Shown: one piece after another, positions 37,092 through 45,393 of the stretch | Position numbering within the stretch: position 1 is the first letter of the stretch | Layout of the letters: every line of letters begins with the position of its first letter | DNA from: Gammaproteobacteria bacterium | GTDB lineage: Bacteria; Pseudomonadota; Gammaproteobacteria; S012-40 | Assembly (NCBI GenBank): GCA_015491615.1 | Contig: WFVN01000288.1 | Coordinates: 1-46,356, forward strand | Reading direction: 5' to 3' | DNA: 46,356 nucleotides | Notes under the pieces: model-generated | Told to the model about the DNA's origin: nothing | Database searches by the model: none | What the model saw: the letters and a program-made list of their open reading frames with translations, nothing else | Program-made: the position numbers and the translations under genes

Positions 37092-37496
37092 ATGATTTAC
37101 AACAGATTGATTTTAATAATAATTACCCCTTTCCTGTTTTCCTGTAGCCAGGAAGAAACGCTCGTTCCCGCCCCCGTGGGGCAGCGAGCGGTCCTGGAGG
37201 AACTGGCCGAGGCTTACGAGAAGATCGCCCGACAGGTGGAAGGCAATCCGCGTCAGCTCCCACCAGAGGAACGGTTACGCTTCGTACGTTTCGTCTTCAA
37301 AGAGGCCGGCTACGACTATCAGGCCACCTTGCGGGCGATGGCCGCATCCCCGCTGGACCCCATGGACACCCTGCAACGGGACTTGGCGGAGCTGCTGCTC
37401 TTGCCTCACCGGGCGGGCGGTTGGGTGAAGCCGGAGTCGGTCTATCCCGAGTCGGACTTGGCGGCCATCGATCGGCTGGAGTCCGTCTTTTTTTAG
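37092..37496 (+). CDS. hypothetical lipoprotein, 134 aa
   Basis: Internal ATG at 37092 of track ORF 36522..37496 gives MIYNRLILIIITPFLFSC (lipobox LFSC). GGATGGGAGA sits upstream. The rest is predicted helical. The 5' end is A/T-rich. Confidence 0.6.
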   Translation: MIYNRLILIIITPFLFSCSQEETLVPAPVGQRAVLEELAEAYEKIARQVEGNPRQLPPEERLRFVRFVFKEAGYDYQATLRAMAASPLDPMDTLQRDLAELLLLPHRAGGWVKPESVYPESDLAAIDRLESVFF

Positions 37497-37515
37497 GCCG
37501 GGAAACGCCGATTCT

Positions 37516-37544
37516 TTGACATTTTTCGTGCTCAAATCTATGCT
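37516..37544 (+). promoter_or_regulatory. candidate sigma70 promoter for the Gly/Met-repeat protein gene
   Basis: TTGACA (37516-37521), 17 nt spacer, TATGCT (37539-37544), in an A/T-rich spacer ~60 nt upstream of the ATG at 37607. Confidence 0.5.
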
Positions 37545-37606
37545 TTCCAAAAACAATAATCCAACGACACGCCGCCGGACAGGCCGTCGAGATGTGGGGA
37601 GAAACG

Positions 37607-38578
37607 ATGCTGGAACAAGGCCTGCGGCGGGTACTGGCCGGGTACGCGGCGCTGATCGTCGCTGCCCATGCGTGGGCCGCCCCGCCGATGCCCTTCGACA
37701 ATTGGACCGCGAACCCCGACGGGACTCTCACAGCACCCTGCCCCGCGGGCTACGCTTGTGTGGTAAACGTCACCGGAGAAGGAATCCTTCAGCGCCTCAT
37801 CACTGCCCCCGACGGGCGCAGCTATATCCAGCTCGTCGTTTATTCCCCCACTCCCAACGGCGAGTTGCGCGAAGAGAGTTTCGTTCGCGCAGACAACGCC
37901 TTGGAGAATGGACTCTCCTCCCGGCAAGTCCTCACCAGCAATGGGTCAGTGGGAGAAAATCTCACCAGCATCGTGCTCATTAATACCGGCTGGGCCATGG
38001 ATCCAGGCCAGGCGGCGGTCCAGATCGAGCAAACGCTCGTCGACATCACGCCCGAAGGGACGCAATTCGACCAAATATTCCAAAAACTTATCGACCACGA
38101 TGCCAACGGCCTGGCCATCGGCTACTACATGAACATCCGCCAGGACCTCATCAACTCCACTCTTATGAACGGTGTGTCCCTGGGTCCCAGCGACCAGGAC
38201 ATCCACTCTTTCGTCCTTCGCCAGGTGCAAGGCACCCGCAATCCCGTGGCTGGATCCGCCACCCTGCCCGGCGGTGGCATGATGGGAGGAGGCATGATGG
38301 GAGGGGGAGTCACCGGCGGGACGATTTCTTGGGTCCCTGGCGACGAGGTGAAGGTGATCTGGATCGGCCAGATCTGTACCGGCGCATGCCGGCAAGGTGG
38401 TGGCATGATGGGCGGTGGTGGTATGGGCGGTATGGGAATGATGGGCGGCGGGTTGTTCGCCTATCAGGCCTACGACAACCTCTCCGACACCGCTCCGCAA
38501 ATCAACTCTCTCTCCCTATTCAGTACCGACCCGATCATTTGGCAGGATCCGCCTTTCGGTCCCCAGCCCAGTCTCTGA
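37607..38578 (+). CDS. hypothetical secreted protein with two GGMMGGG-type repeats and two Cys pairs
   Basis: Signal peptide MLEQGLRRVLAGYAALIVAAHAWA. CPAGYAC and CTGAC motifs. PGGGMMGGGMMGGGVTGG and QGGGMMGGGGMGGMGMMGGG segments. No family recognised. The ATG at 37607 (GGGGAG upstream) is preferred over 37592. Confidence 0.65.
   Translation: MLEQGLRRVLAGYAALIVAAHAWAAPPMPFDNWTANPDGTLTAPCPAGYACVVNVTGEGILQRLITAPDGRSYIQLVVYSPTPNGELREESFVRADNALENGLSSRQVLTSNGSVGENLTSIVLINTGWAMDPGQAAVQIEQTLVDITPEGTQFDQIFQKLIDHDANGLAIGYYMNIRQDLINSTLMNGVSLGPSDQDIHSFVLRQVQGTRNPVAGSATLPGGGMMGGGMMGGGVTGGTISWVPGDEVKVIWIGQICTGACRQGGGMMGGGGMGGMGMMGGGLFAYQAYDNLSDTAPQINSLSLFSTDPIIWQDPPFGPQPSL
38270..38452 (+). repeat. two coding Gly/Met repeat blocks (38270-38320 and 38395-38452)
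   Basis: Reiterated GGC/GGT/GGA-ATG-ATG-GG units visible in the nucleotide sequence. Confidence 0.8.
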
Positions 38579-38809
38579 GGAAACGGCTGTCGCGGCCAAG
38601 AGCAAGTGTCCGCGAGCTTGCAAGCGTGCCAGAAGACGTCCGGCCTTCACGTTTCCTTCCTGGACCGCAATGGTGAGCATGACCTCGGCCCGTTGCCAGT
38701 GCCCCCGTTCCAGCGCCATGAGCCCCTCCTCGTAGGCACAGGAGCCGCCGGCCCAGGCCGGCCCTGCGGCGAGGATCCCCAAAATCAGACCCAGATGGAC
38801 CTTCTTCAT
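38516..38809 (-). CDS. candidate 97-aa exported protein translationally coupled to ygiQ
   Basis: The ATG at 38809 overlaps the ygiQ stop (ATGA). GGGAGGAG lies 7 nt upstream. Signal peptide [20 protein letters not shown], then a short helical segment ([12 protein letters not shown] is Sel1/TPR-like). The 3' 63 nt overlap the convergent gene, so the true stop or the reality of the tail is uncertain. Confidence 0.4.
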   Translation of the reverse strand: MKKVHLGLILGILAAGPAWAGGSCAYEEGLMALERGHWQRAEVMLTIAVQEGNVKAGRLLARLQARGHLLLAATAVSSETGLGTERRILPNDRVGTE

Positions 38810-40935
38810 GACAGTCTCCTCCCGGTGCGTCTGGCCGATCGCCGTACCGGAGAGCGACGCCCTCCCCTTTCGATCCGTTTTATAGACCGTTTTTCGGCCG
38901 TTTTCCTGGAAGTCGCAGGCTGCCATGCCGGCACCAGGTGACGCTTGCCGTTGCCGATGAGGTCTTCGCGCCCCATGCGGCGCAGGGCCTCGCGGATGAG
39001 TGGCCAGTTGTCCGGGTCGTGGTAGCGCAGGAAGGCCTTCTGCAGGCGCCGGGCGCGCAGGCCCTTGGCGGTGAAGACCCGTTCGCTGGTACGCGTGACC
39101 TTGCGCAGGGGGTTGCGGCCGCTGTGGTACATGGCGGTGGCGGTGGCCATAGGCGAAGGCAGGAAGGTCTGCACCTGGTCCGGGCGGAAGCCGTTTTCCT
39201 TCAGCCACAGGGCGAGCTTCAGCATGTCCTCATCGGTGGAGCCGGGGTGGGCGGCGATGAAATAGGGGATGAGGTACTGCTCCTTGCCGGCCTCGCGGGA
39301 GTATTTGTCGAACAGGCGCTTGAAGCGGTGGTAGGTCTTGATGCCCGGCTTGAGCATCTTGGAGAGGGGGCCGGGCTCGGTGTGCTCGGGGGCGATCTTC
39401 AGATAACCGCCTACGTGGTGGGTGACCAGCTCGCGGACATACTCGGGCGAGCGTACCGCCAGGTCGTAACGCAGGCCGGAGGCCACCAGGACCTTTTTGA
39501 TCCCGGGCAGGGCGCGCGCCTTGCGGTACAGACGGATGAGAGGGCGGTGGTCGGTGTTCAGGTGCGGGCAGATGTCCGGATAGACGCAGGACGGCTTGCG
39601 GCAGGCGGCCTCGATCTTGGGGTCCTTGCAGGCCAGGCGGTACATGTTGGCGGTGGGGCCGCCCAGGTCGGAGATGACGCCGGTGAAACCGGGCACCCGG
39701 TCGCGGATGGTCTCGATCTCGCGCAGGATGGATTCTTCCGAGCGGCTTTGGATGTGGCGCCCTTCGTGTTCGGTGATGGAGCAGAAGGTGCAGCCCCCGA
39801 AGCAGCCGCGCATGATGTTCACAGAGAAGCGGATCATCTCGTAGGCGGGGATGCGCGCCTCGCCGTAGGCCGAGTGGGGGCGGCGGGTGTAGGGCAGCTC
39901 GAAGACCCAGTCCAGCTCCTCGGTGGTGAGGGGCAGCGGCGGCGGGTTGACGAACACCCAGCGGTCCCCGTGGCGCTGGGCCAGCGGGCGGGCGTTGCCC
40001 GGGTTGGTCTCCAGGTGGATGACGCGCGAGGCGTGGGCGTAGAGGTCTTTGTCGTCGCGCACCTGTTCGAAGTCGGGGAGGACGATCACCTCGGGCCGGC
40101 TCCGTTCCCGCCGGTGCCAGCGGACCGGGGTCGCCCGCCCCGCCTCCGCCGACGCCTGCCGGCAATCATTGGCCGCGGCCATGGCGTAGGGGTGGGGGTC
40201 GGCGGGACCATGGCCGGGGGCGTCGATGTGGCGGGCGTCCACGGGGACATGGTCCGCCGGCAGGGACTTGCGCACATGGACTATGCCGCGGATGTCCCAC
40301 AGGTCTTCGATGGACACCCCGCGCGCCAGACGGTGGGCGATCTCGACGACGGCCCGCTCGCCGTTGCCGTACACCAGCAGGTCGGCCTTGGCGTCCACCA
40401 GGAGCGAGCGTCGCACCTTGTCCGACCAGTAGTCGTAGTGGGCCAGGCGGCGCAGGCTGGCCTCGATGCCGCCGAGGACGATGGGTACGTCGGGGAAGGC
40501 CTCCCGCGCCCGTTGGGCATAGACGAGGCTGGCCCGGTCGGGGCGCGAGCCGCCCTTCCCGCCGGGCGTGTAGGCGTCGTCGGAGCGGCGCTTGCGGTCG
40601 GCGGTGTAGCGGTTGACCATGGAGTCCATGTTGCCGGCGGTGATGCCGAAGAACAGATTGGGACGGCCCAGGGCGGCGAAGGGCTCGGCGCTGCGCCAGT
40701 CGGGCTGGGCGATGATCCCCACCCGAAAGCCTTGCGCCTCCAGGACCCGACCGATCACCGCCGCCCCGAAGCTGGGGTGGTCCACATAGGCGTCACCGCT
40801 GACGATGACGATGTCGCAACTGTCCCAGCCCAAGGCGTCCATCTCCGCCCGGCTCATGGGCAGTTCGGGGGCCGGGGTGAGGCATTCCGCCCAGAAGCGG
40901 GGATAGGAGAAAATGGGGCGCGGCGCGTCCTTCAT
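38806..40935 (-). CDS. ygiQ: YgiQ-family (UPF0313) radical SAM protein
   Basis: 709 aa. N-terminus [31 protein letters not shown], radical SAM cluster motif CFGGCTFCS, basic C-terminal tail. Typical of YgiQ. Confidence 0.92.
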   Translation of the reverse strand: MKDAPRPIFSYPRFWAECLTPAPELPMSRAEMDALGWDSCDIVIVSGDAYVDHPSFGAAVIGRVLEAQGFRVGIIAQPDWRSAEPFAALGRPNLFFGITAGNMDSMVNRYTADRKRRSDDAYTPGGKGGSRPDRASLVYAQRAREAFPDVPIVLGGIEASLRRLAHYDYWSDKVRRSLLVDAKADLLVYGNGERAVVEIAHRLARGVSIEDLWDIRGIVHVRKSLPADHVPVDARHIDAPGHGPADPHPYAMAAANDCRQASAEAGRATPVRWHRRERSRPEVIVLPDFEQVRDDKDLYAHASRVIHLETNPGNARPLAQRHGDRWVFVNPPPLPLTTEELDWVFELPYTRRPHSAYGEARIPAYEMIRFSVNIMRGCFGGCTFCSITEHEGRHIQSRSEESILREIETIRDRVPGFTGVISDLGGPTANMYRLACKDPKIEAACRKPSCVYPDICPHLNTDHRPLIRLYRKARALPGIKKVLVASGLRYDLAVRSPEYVRELVTHHVGGYLKIAPEHTEPGPLSKMLKPGIKTYHRFKRLFDKYSREAGKEQYLIPYFIAAHPGSTDEDMLKLALWLKENGFRPDQVQTFLPSPMATATAMYHSGRNPLRKVTRTSERVFTAKGLRARRLQKAFLRYHDPDNWPLIREALRRMGREDLIGNGKRHLVPAWQPATSRKTAEKRSIKRIERGGRRSPVRRSARRTGRRLS

Positions 40936-41088
40936 GGTTCTCTGGAGCCAAATTTGAGGATTTTACTATGCTATGACCTTTCCAGGAGCGCGCCGTTTCC
41001 CCGGCATATGACGAACGCCGCATTACCCAAAATGGAGCGCCGTTGCCACGAGGTGCAGGCCCTGGGGGTGTACCGGCAGATGCGCGTT

Positions 41089-41910
41089 TCAAACGATCTT
41101 GATGTGCCAGGGTTCGTAGCGAACGCCGTAGGGGTTGGCATCGGTGTAGCGGATGCGTACGTACCCCAGGTCGATGAGACGTTGGTATTCGCGCGTACGG
41201 GCGAACTTGGCGGTGAAATTGAGTTTGCCGAACCCCACCTTGCCCACGTCGAAGTCGCCGATGCCGTGGAATGAATAGCCCGGTGGAGCGAGGGAGCGGG
41301 AAGCCAAAGAGAGATTGCCATGGTGTCGCCGAGCCTTGTCCAGGAACAGCAAGGTCTGTTTGACGACACTGCGGATACCTGAAGTGAGGATGACACTCTC
41401 TCCCACGTCGCGGCGAATCTTGCGGTAGTAGGCAAGGGGCTCGCCTTTGTAGAGGTAATGACCGGTGCGCGGGATCTTGACCACATCTCGGTAACGGGGG
41501 GCGTGAGAGAATTCAGTGATCACCTTCTCGCCGTAGAAACCATAGCGGCGGGCATCGGTGTAGAAAATTTCCTCCAGCCAGTCGATTTCCTCGCGCGTGA
41601 AGGCACCGATGGCATCGTAGTTGCGGGCGTAGTAGAGGGCGCGGTCCAAACCTATGAGGTTGAAGTTGCCATAGCCGACGTAACGCATGAGGCGTTTGAG
41701 GCGCGCCACGGTGCTCTGAAGCAATGGCATATGGGTGGCATCCACATAAACGTCGTCGGGAAAATGGTGGTCGAAGTGGCGGATCTTGTAGAGATAATCC
41801 CGTACACCGGCATCCGGGTCGTCATCGGCGAAGGCGGCCCCCGACAGACCGCTTGCGACCAGGCCCAGCCCGCTCCCCATCCCTTTGAGAAAAGTCCTTC
41901 TGTCCATCAT
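41089..41910 (-). CDS. Tat-exported M15-family (VanY-type) D,D-peptidase
   Basis: Twin-arginine signal MMDRRTFLKGMGSGLGLVASG. Motifs SGIRS, PGYSFHGIGDFD (SxHxxGxAxD-like) and EPWH. Confidence 0.82.
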   Translation of the reverse strand: MMDRRTFLKGMGSGLGLVASGLSGAAFADDDPDAGVRDYLYKIRHFDHHFPDDVYVDATHMPLLQSTVARLKRLMRYVGYGNFNLIGLDRALYYARNYDAIGAFTREEIDWLEEIFYTDARRYGFYGEKVITEFSHAPRYRDVVKIPRTGHYLYKGEPLAYYRKIRRDVGESVILTSGIRSVVKQTLLFLDKARRHHGNLSLASRSLAPPGYSFHGIGDFDVGKVGFGKLNFTAKFARTREYQRLIDLGYVRIRYTDANPYGVRYEPWHIKIV

Positions 41911-41940
41911 TCGCTCACCTCGGCCACCGCCGCACCACGC

Positions 41941-42801
41941 TCAGGCGGCACGCGCGGGTTGCATGATCATTCGAGCCAACTGATCCATGTGCTGACGCAC
42001 GTCGGTTTGTACTTCATCGACGACCCCCCCATCCAGACCCAGGAACTCCAAAGCCGCGCCTGGCCAGGGGAGAGTCTCTTTGTTCTTGGCAAGGCTCTCG
42101 TCGTGCCGGTGGGCGATGGCGTCCGCCGCCTGCACCGTGAGCTGGAGGGCATAGTGGCCGTCCTCGGCGCGAGGCTCGTGATGGTTGGCCACCGCCAAGG
42201 TAATACAATCGGGGAACCCCCAGCGACGCAACAAAGCAGCTCCCACATGACCGTGATGATATCCCATCCAAGTCTCTTCCAATCGATGGCTGGGGCCGGG
42301 CCAACTGGCGCGTTTCACCTCCAATAGGGTGGCCATCTCCGGAGCCGTCACCGCCAGGGCCAGCAACCCCACGTCGTGCAACAAACCAGCAAGGAAAGCA
42401 CGATCCGGTGGCGCTTGGCGATGACGCACGCTGAGGGAGCGGGCGATGGCGGCCACGGTCACGGCGTGATGCCAGAAGGCGTGCAGATCGATACGCCCCT
42501 GGGGCAGACGCGAAAGGGCCTGGACGCTACATGTGGCCAGCACCAGGGAGACGATGGCTTGGGTCCCGGTGAGCATCATCGCCTTGGGCAGGGTGTCGAT
42601 GCGCCCGCTCTGGCCGTAGAAAGGGCTGTTGGCAAGGCGCAAAATATGGGCGGTGAGAGCGGGATCGTTCTGAATCAATTCGGCGACGTCGTCCAGCGAC
42701 CGGTGCTCGTCATTGATCACCTCCATCAGGCGGGTGCAAATCTCTGGCATGGAAACCAAGTCGGTGACGGATCGGGCGATGTCTTCGGGCGTCGTAGTCA
42801 T
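41941..42801 (-). CDS. HDOD-domain signalling protein
   Basis: 286 aa. LVSMPEICTRLMEVINDEHRSLDDVAELIQNDPALTAHILRLANSPFYG is the HDOD signature, with HD-like His/Asp residues downstream (GLLHDVG). Confidence 0.85.
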   Translation of the reverse strand: MTTTPEDIARSVTDLVSMPEICTRLMEVINDEHRSLDDVAELIQNDPALTAHILRLANSPFYGQSGRIDTLPKAMMLTGTQAIVSLVLATCSVQALSRLPQGRIDLHAFWHHAVTVAAIARSLSVRHRQAPPDRAFLAGLLHDVGLLALAVTAPEMATLLEVKRASWPGPSHRLEETWMGYHHGHVGAALLRRWGFPDCITLAVANHHEPRAEDGHYALQLTVQAADAIAHRHDESLAKNKETLPWPGAALEFLGLDGGVVDEVQTDVRQHMDQLARMIMQPARAA

Positions 42802-42827
42802 GTTCCTCCCCTCGGTATGCCCGAGGG

Positions 42828-43850
42828 TTATCGACAGCCGTACGACCCTTCTGGAGTGTGAACGCGTTCAAGCGCCGCCAGGGCGTTGTCGATGACCGCC
42901 AGGCCGGCGCCGGGGGCATGCATGTTGCGGCTCAGATGGCGCCGCCAATGACGAGCGCCGGGAAGGCCGTCGAACAGGGGCAGGAGGTGGCGCGCCATGA
43001 AATGCAGGGGGGTGCCGCAGGCCAGCTCGTCGGCGAGGTAGGGCCGGTAGGCGGCGAGCGCCTCGAAACGGTCTGCCGCCGGGGCGGGCCGGCCATAGAT
43101 CCGTGGGTCGACCAGGAACCAGCGGTGGGGATGCTGGTAGGCGGCGCGCCCCACCATCACCCCATCGACACGATCCAGCCAGGCGCAGGCCTGGTCCAGA
43201 TCTTCCAAGCCGCCGTTTAGGACCACGGGCAGCCCTGGGAAGGCTCGTTTCACAGCCAGCACCCGCTCGTAACGCAAGGGCGGCACTTCGCGGTTTTCCT
43301 TGGGGCTCAAGCCCTGGAGCCAGGCCTTGCGGGCGTGGACGATGACCGCCTTGGTCCCGGCCTCATACAGCCGCCCCACGAGATCGAGAAAGAAAGCCTC
43401 GCTGTCCACATCGTCCACCCCGATACGCATCTTCACCGTCACCGGCACGGAAACTGCGTCCCTCAAGGCGGCGACCAGTTCGGCGGCGTGCTTAGGGCGT
43501 TTCATCAACACCGCTCCGAAGGCGCCCGCCCCCACCCGCGGCGAGGGACAGCCCAGATTGAGATTCACTTCGTCGAATCGGTAGCCAAGGGCGATCCGCG
43601 CCACCCGTGCCAATGCTCGGGGGTCGCTTCCTCCCAGCTGCACGGCCAAGGGATGTTCGGCCCCGTGATGGGCCAGATACCGATCCGGGTCGCGCTCGAT
43701 GTTGGCTGGCGTCACCATTTCGGTGTACAGAAGGGCATAGCGGGTGATGCAGCGCATGAACATGCGCTGGTGACGATCGGTCCAATCGAGCATGGGGGCG
43801 ACGCAGAATCGGCGGTCGAACCGCCTTTCACCTTCACGGGACGAGAACAT
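42828..43850 (-). CDS. dusA: tRNA-dihydrouridine synthase A
   Basis: RFCVAPMLDWTDRHQRMFMR ... LNLGCPS ... IHARKAWLQGLSPKENREVPPL matches DusA throughout. The ATG at 43850 gives 340 aa. The track ORF extends to 43979 with a low-complexity, non-DusA N-terminus. Confidence 0.9.
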   Translation of the reverse strand: MFSSREGERRFDRRFCVAPMLDWTDRHQRMFMRCITRYALLYTEMVTPANIERDPDRYLAHHGAEHPLAVQLGGSDPRALARVARIALGYRFDEVNLNLGCPSPRVGAGAFGAVLMKRPKHAAELVAALRDAVSVPVTVKMRIGVDDVDSEAFFLDLVGRLYEAGTKAVIVHARKAWLQGLSPKENREVPPLRYERVLAVKRAFPGLPVVLNGGLEDLDQACAWLDRVDGVMVGRAAYQHPHRWFLVDPRIYGRPAPAADRFEALAAYRPYLADELACGTPLHFMARHLLPLFDGLPGARHWRRHLSRNMHAPGAGLAVIDNALAALERVHTPEGSYGCR

Positions 43851-44142
43851 GAGGTTGTCGATGGGTTTCAAGGCTTGGTTTGCGACCTCGGTATTGGCCT
43901 TTGTCGCTGGTGTCGGTGTGGGGATAGCCGCTTCCGGCGGATCACCGCCCTCGTCCACCTCCGCGGCGGACACGGCCAACCCGCGTATGGAGCACCTGAG
44001 TGCCCAAATCGATCGTCTGGAACGCCAACTAGCAGAGGAGAAAGCGCGCCGAGAGGCCCTTGATCGGCGCGCCCAGACGCTCTACGAAGATCTCAAACGC
44101 CTCCACGGTCACTTGGTTTCACAATCGGAACCGGATTCTTGA
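43849..44142 (+). CDS. candidate 97-aa membrane-anchored coiled-coil protein, divergent from dusA
   Basis: MRLSMGFKAWFATSVLAFVAGVGVGIAAS (TM), then AQIDRLERQLAEEKARREALDRRAQTLYEDLKRL (heptad-like). It occupies the complement of the doubtful dusA N-terminal extension, so only one of the two readings can be real. Confidence 0.4.
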   Translation: MRLSMGFKAWFATSVLAFVAGVGVGIAASGGSPPSSTSAADTANPRMEHLSAQIDRLERQLAEEKARREALDRRAQTLYEDLKRLHGHLVSQSEPDS

Positions 44143-44290
44143 ACCCACTGCTCCTCGCTGGCAAACTGTCCAAAAGGGCGCTCGCCGCTCGTCACCCGTA
44201 TACGAAACCGACTGACTGATCGTCCTTTAACGCCACATCCCGAAACGGCGACATGTCCTCGCCACCGCGCTCGACATCGACGACGGTCAT

Positions 44291-45289
44291 TCAACGTCGC
44301 TCCACCAAACGATCGGCCAAAGTCCCCACAGCGATGGCGAATTTATCCGCCCGATTCCATTTGAGCAGGACGTCGTAATTGGCGTATGTGAGGAAGGCGC
44401 GACCGCCCTCCCCGTCCGGCCGGATCAACTTCGCCTCCATGCCGGCGACCACGGGCAGGGGGGTCCCGTCTGCGCGCCGCACCCCTAGGTCCGCCCAAGC
44501 GCGCAAGGTCTTCTTGGCACCGATCCAGGTAGCGACCTCGGCTCCATTCGGCAGCCGCACCTCCCGCCCCCACGTGTAACGCGGGTTCCAACCCATACGA
44601 GACAGATAGTTGGCGGCAGATACGAAGACGTCGTCGAGGCTTTCCCACAAGTCGATGTGCCCATCGTCGTCTCCATCCACGGCATAGCCCACAAAAGTGG
44701 AGGGCATGAACTGCACCTGTCCCAAGGCCCCGGCCCAAGAGCCAGTCATCGCTTCCGGGGCGACATGGCCGGCATCGATAATACGCAAGGCGTTGAGTAA
44801 TTCCCTACGAAAATAACGGGCACGGCGTCCATCATAGGCCAGAGTGGCGAGAGCAGAAAGTGCGTTGAAACCGCCGGTCAGGCGCCCGTAATCCGTCTCG
44901 ATCCCCCAAAGAGCCACGAGGAATCGTGGCGGAACGCCGTAACGGGCGGAGACACGCCGTAGGAGCGGCCCCTGATCGCGCAGTTTCTTCCGGCCCAAGC
45001 GGACGCGACGGTCATTCACCACCCGCGCCAAGTATTCATCCAGAGTGAGGGTAAACTCCGGCTGCTTGCGATCCAGATCGATTACCCGCGGCAGAAACTC
45101 GACCTGTGCCAAAGCCCGCTCCAGGGTAGCCGATGGAATACCCTTTACCTCAGCTTCTTTACGAAAGGCGACCAACCAACCCTCAAAGCTGGGATGTGTC
45201 AATCCATCGCCAGCACGGTTTGACGACCAAGCGGGCGTGGTGAATCCCACCGTCAAAAAAGCGATGGCAAGGTACAAGAATCGCTTCAT
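44291..45289 (-). CDS. mltB: lytic murein transglycosylase, MltB family
   Basis: Signal peptide MKRFLYLAIAFLTVGFTTPAWS. Catalytic block LVALWGIETDYG and GQVQFMPSTF, typical of soluble MltB-type enzymes. Confidence 0.88.
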   Translation of the reverse strand: MKRFLYLAIAFLTVGFTTPAWSSNRAGDGLTHPSFEGWLVAFRKEAEVKGIPSATLERALAQVEFLPRVIDLDRKQPEFTLTLDEYLARVVNDRRVRLGRKKLRDQGPLLRRVSARYGVPPRFLVALWGIETDYGRLTGGFNALSALATLAYDGRRARYFRRELLNALRIIDAGHVAPEAMTGSWAGALGQVQFMPSTFVGYAVDGDDDGHIDLWESLDDVFVSAANYLSRMGWNPRYTWGREVRLPNGAEVATWIGAKKTLRAWADLGVRRADGTPLPVVAGMEAKLIRPDGEGGRAFLTYANYDVLLKWNRADKFAIAVGTLADRLVERR

Positions 45290-45343
45290 TCAGGCAATCC
45301 AGTTGGACCGGAAAATGCAGGATGCACGATCAAGACCGGAACG

Positions 45344-45373
45344 AAAAAGAGGGCGATTACCCGCCGCCCTTCT
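45344..45373 (-). terminator. candidate intrinsic terminator between the IS end and the mltB promoter region
   Basis: Minus strand AGAAGGGCG-gcgggtaat-CGCCCTCT followed by TTTTT. Confidence 0.45.
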
Positions 45374-45393
45374 CTCCGTTTTTTGCGTAGAAG

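Noticed and set aside
38938-41274. 778-aa ORF on the + strand
   Set aside because: Antisense to ygiQ and running into the M15 peptidase gene. No motifs. ygiQ is clearly the real gene (CxxxCxxC cluster, conserved N-terminus).
42828-45289. Possibility of a dusA-integrated genomic island upstream of dusA
   Set aside because: No DusA-associated integrase or other island genes are present. The neighbouring genes are a mini-ORF and a housekeeping-type MltB transglycosylase. The IS fragment further right is an independent event.
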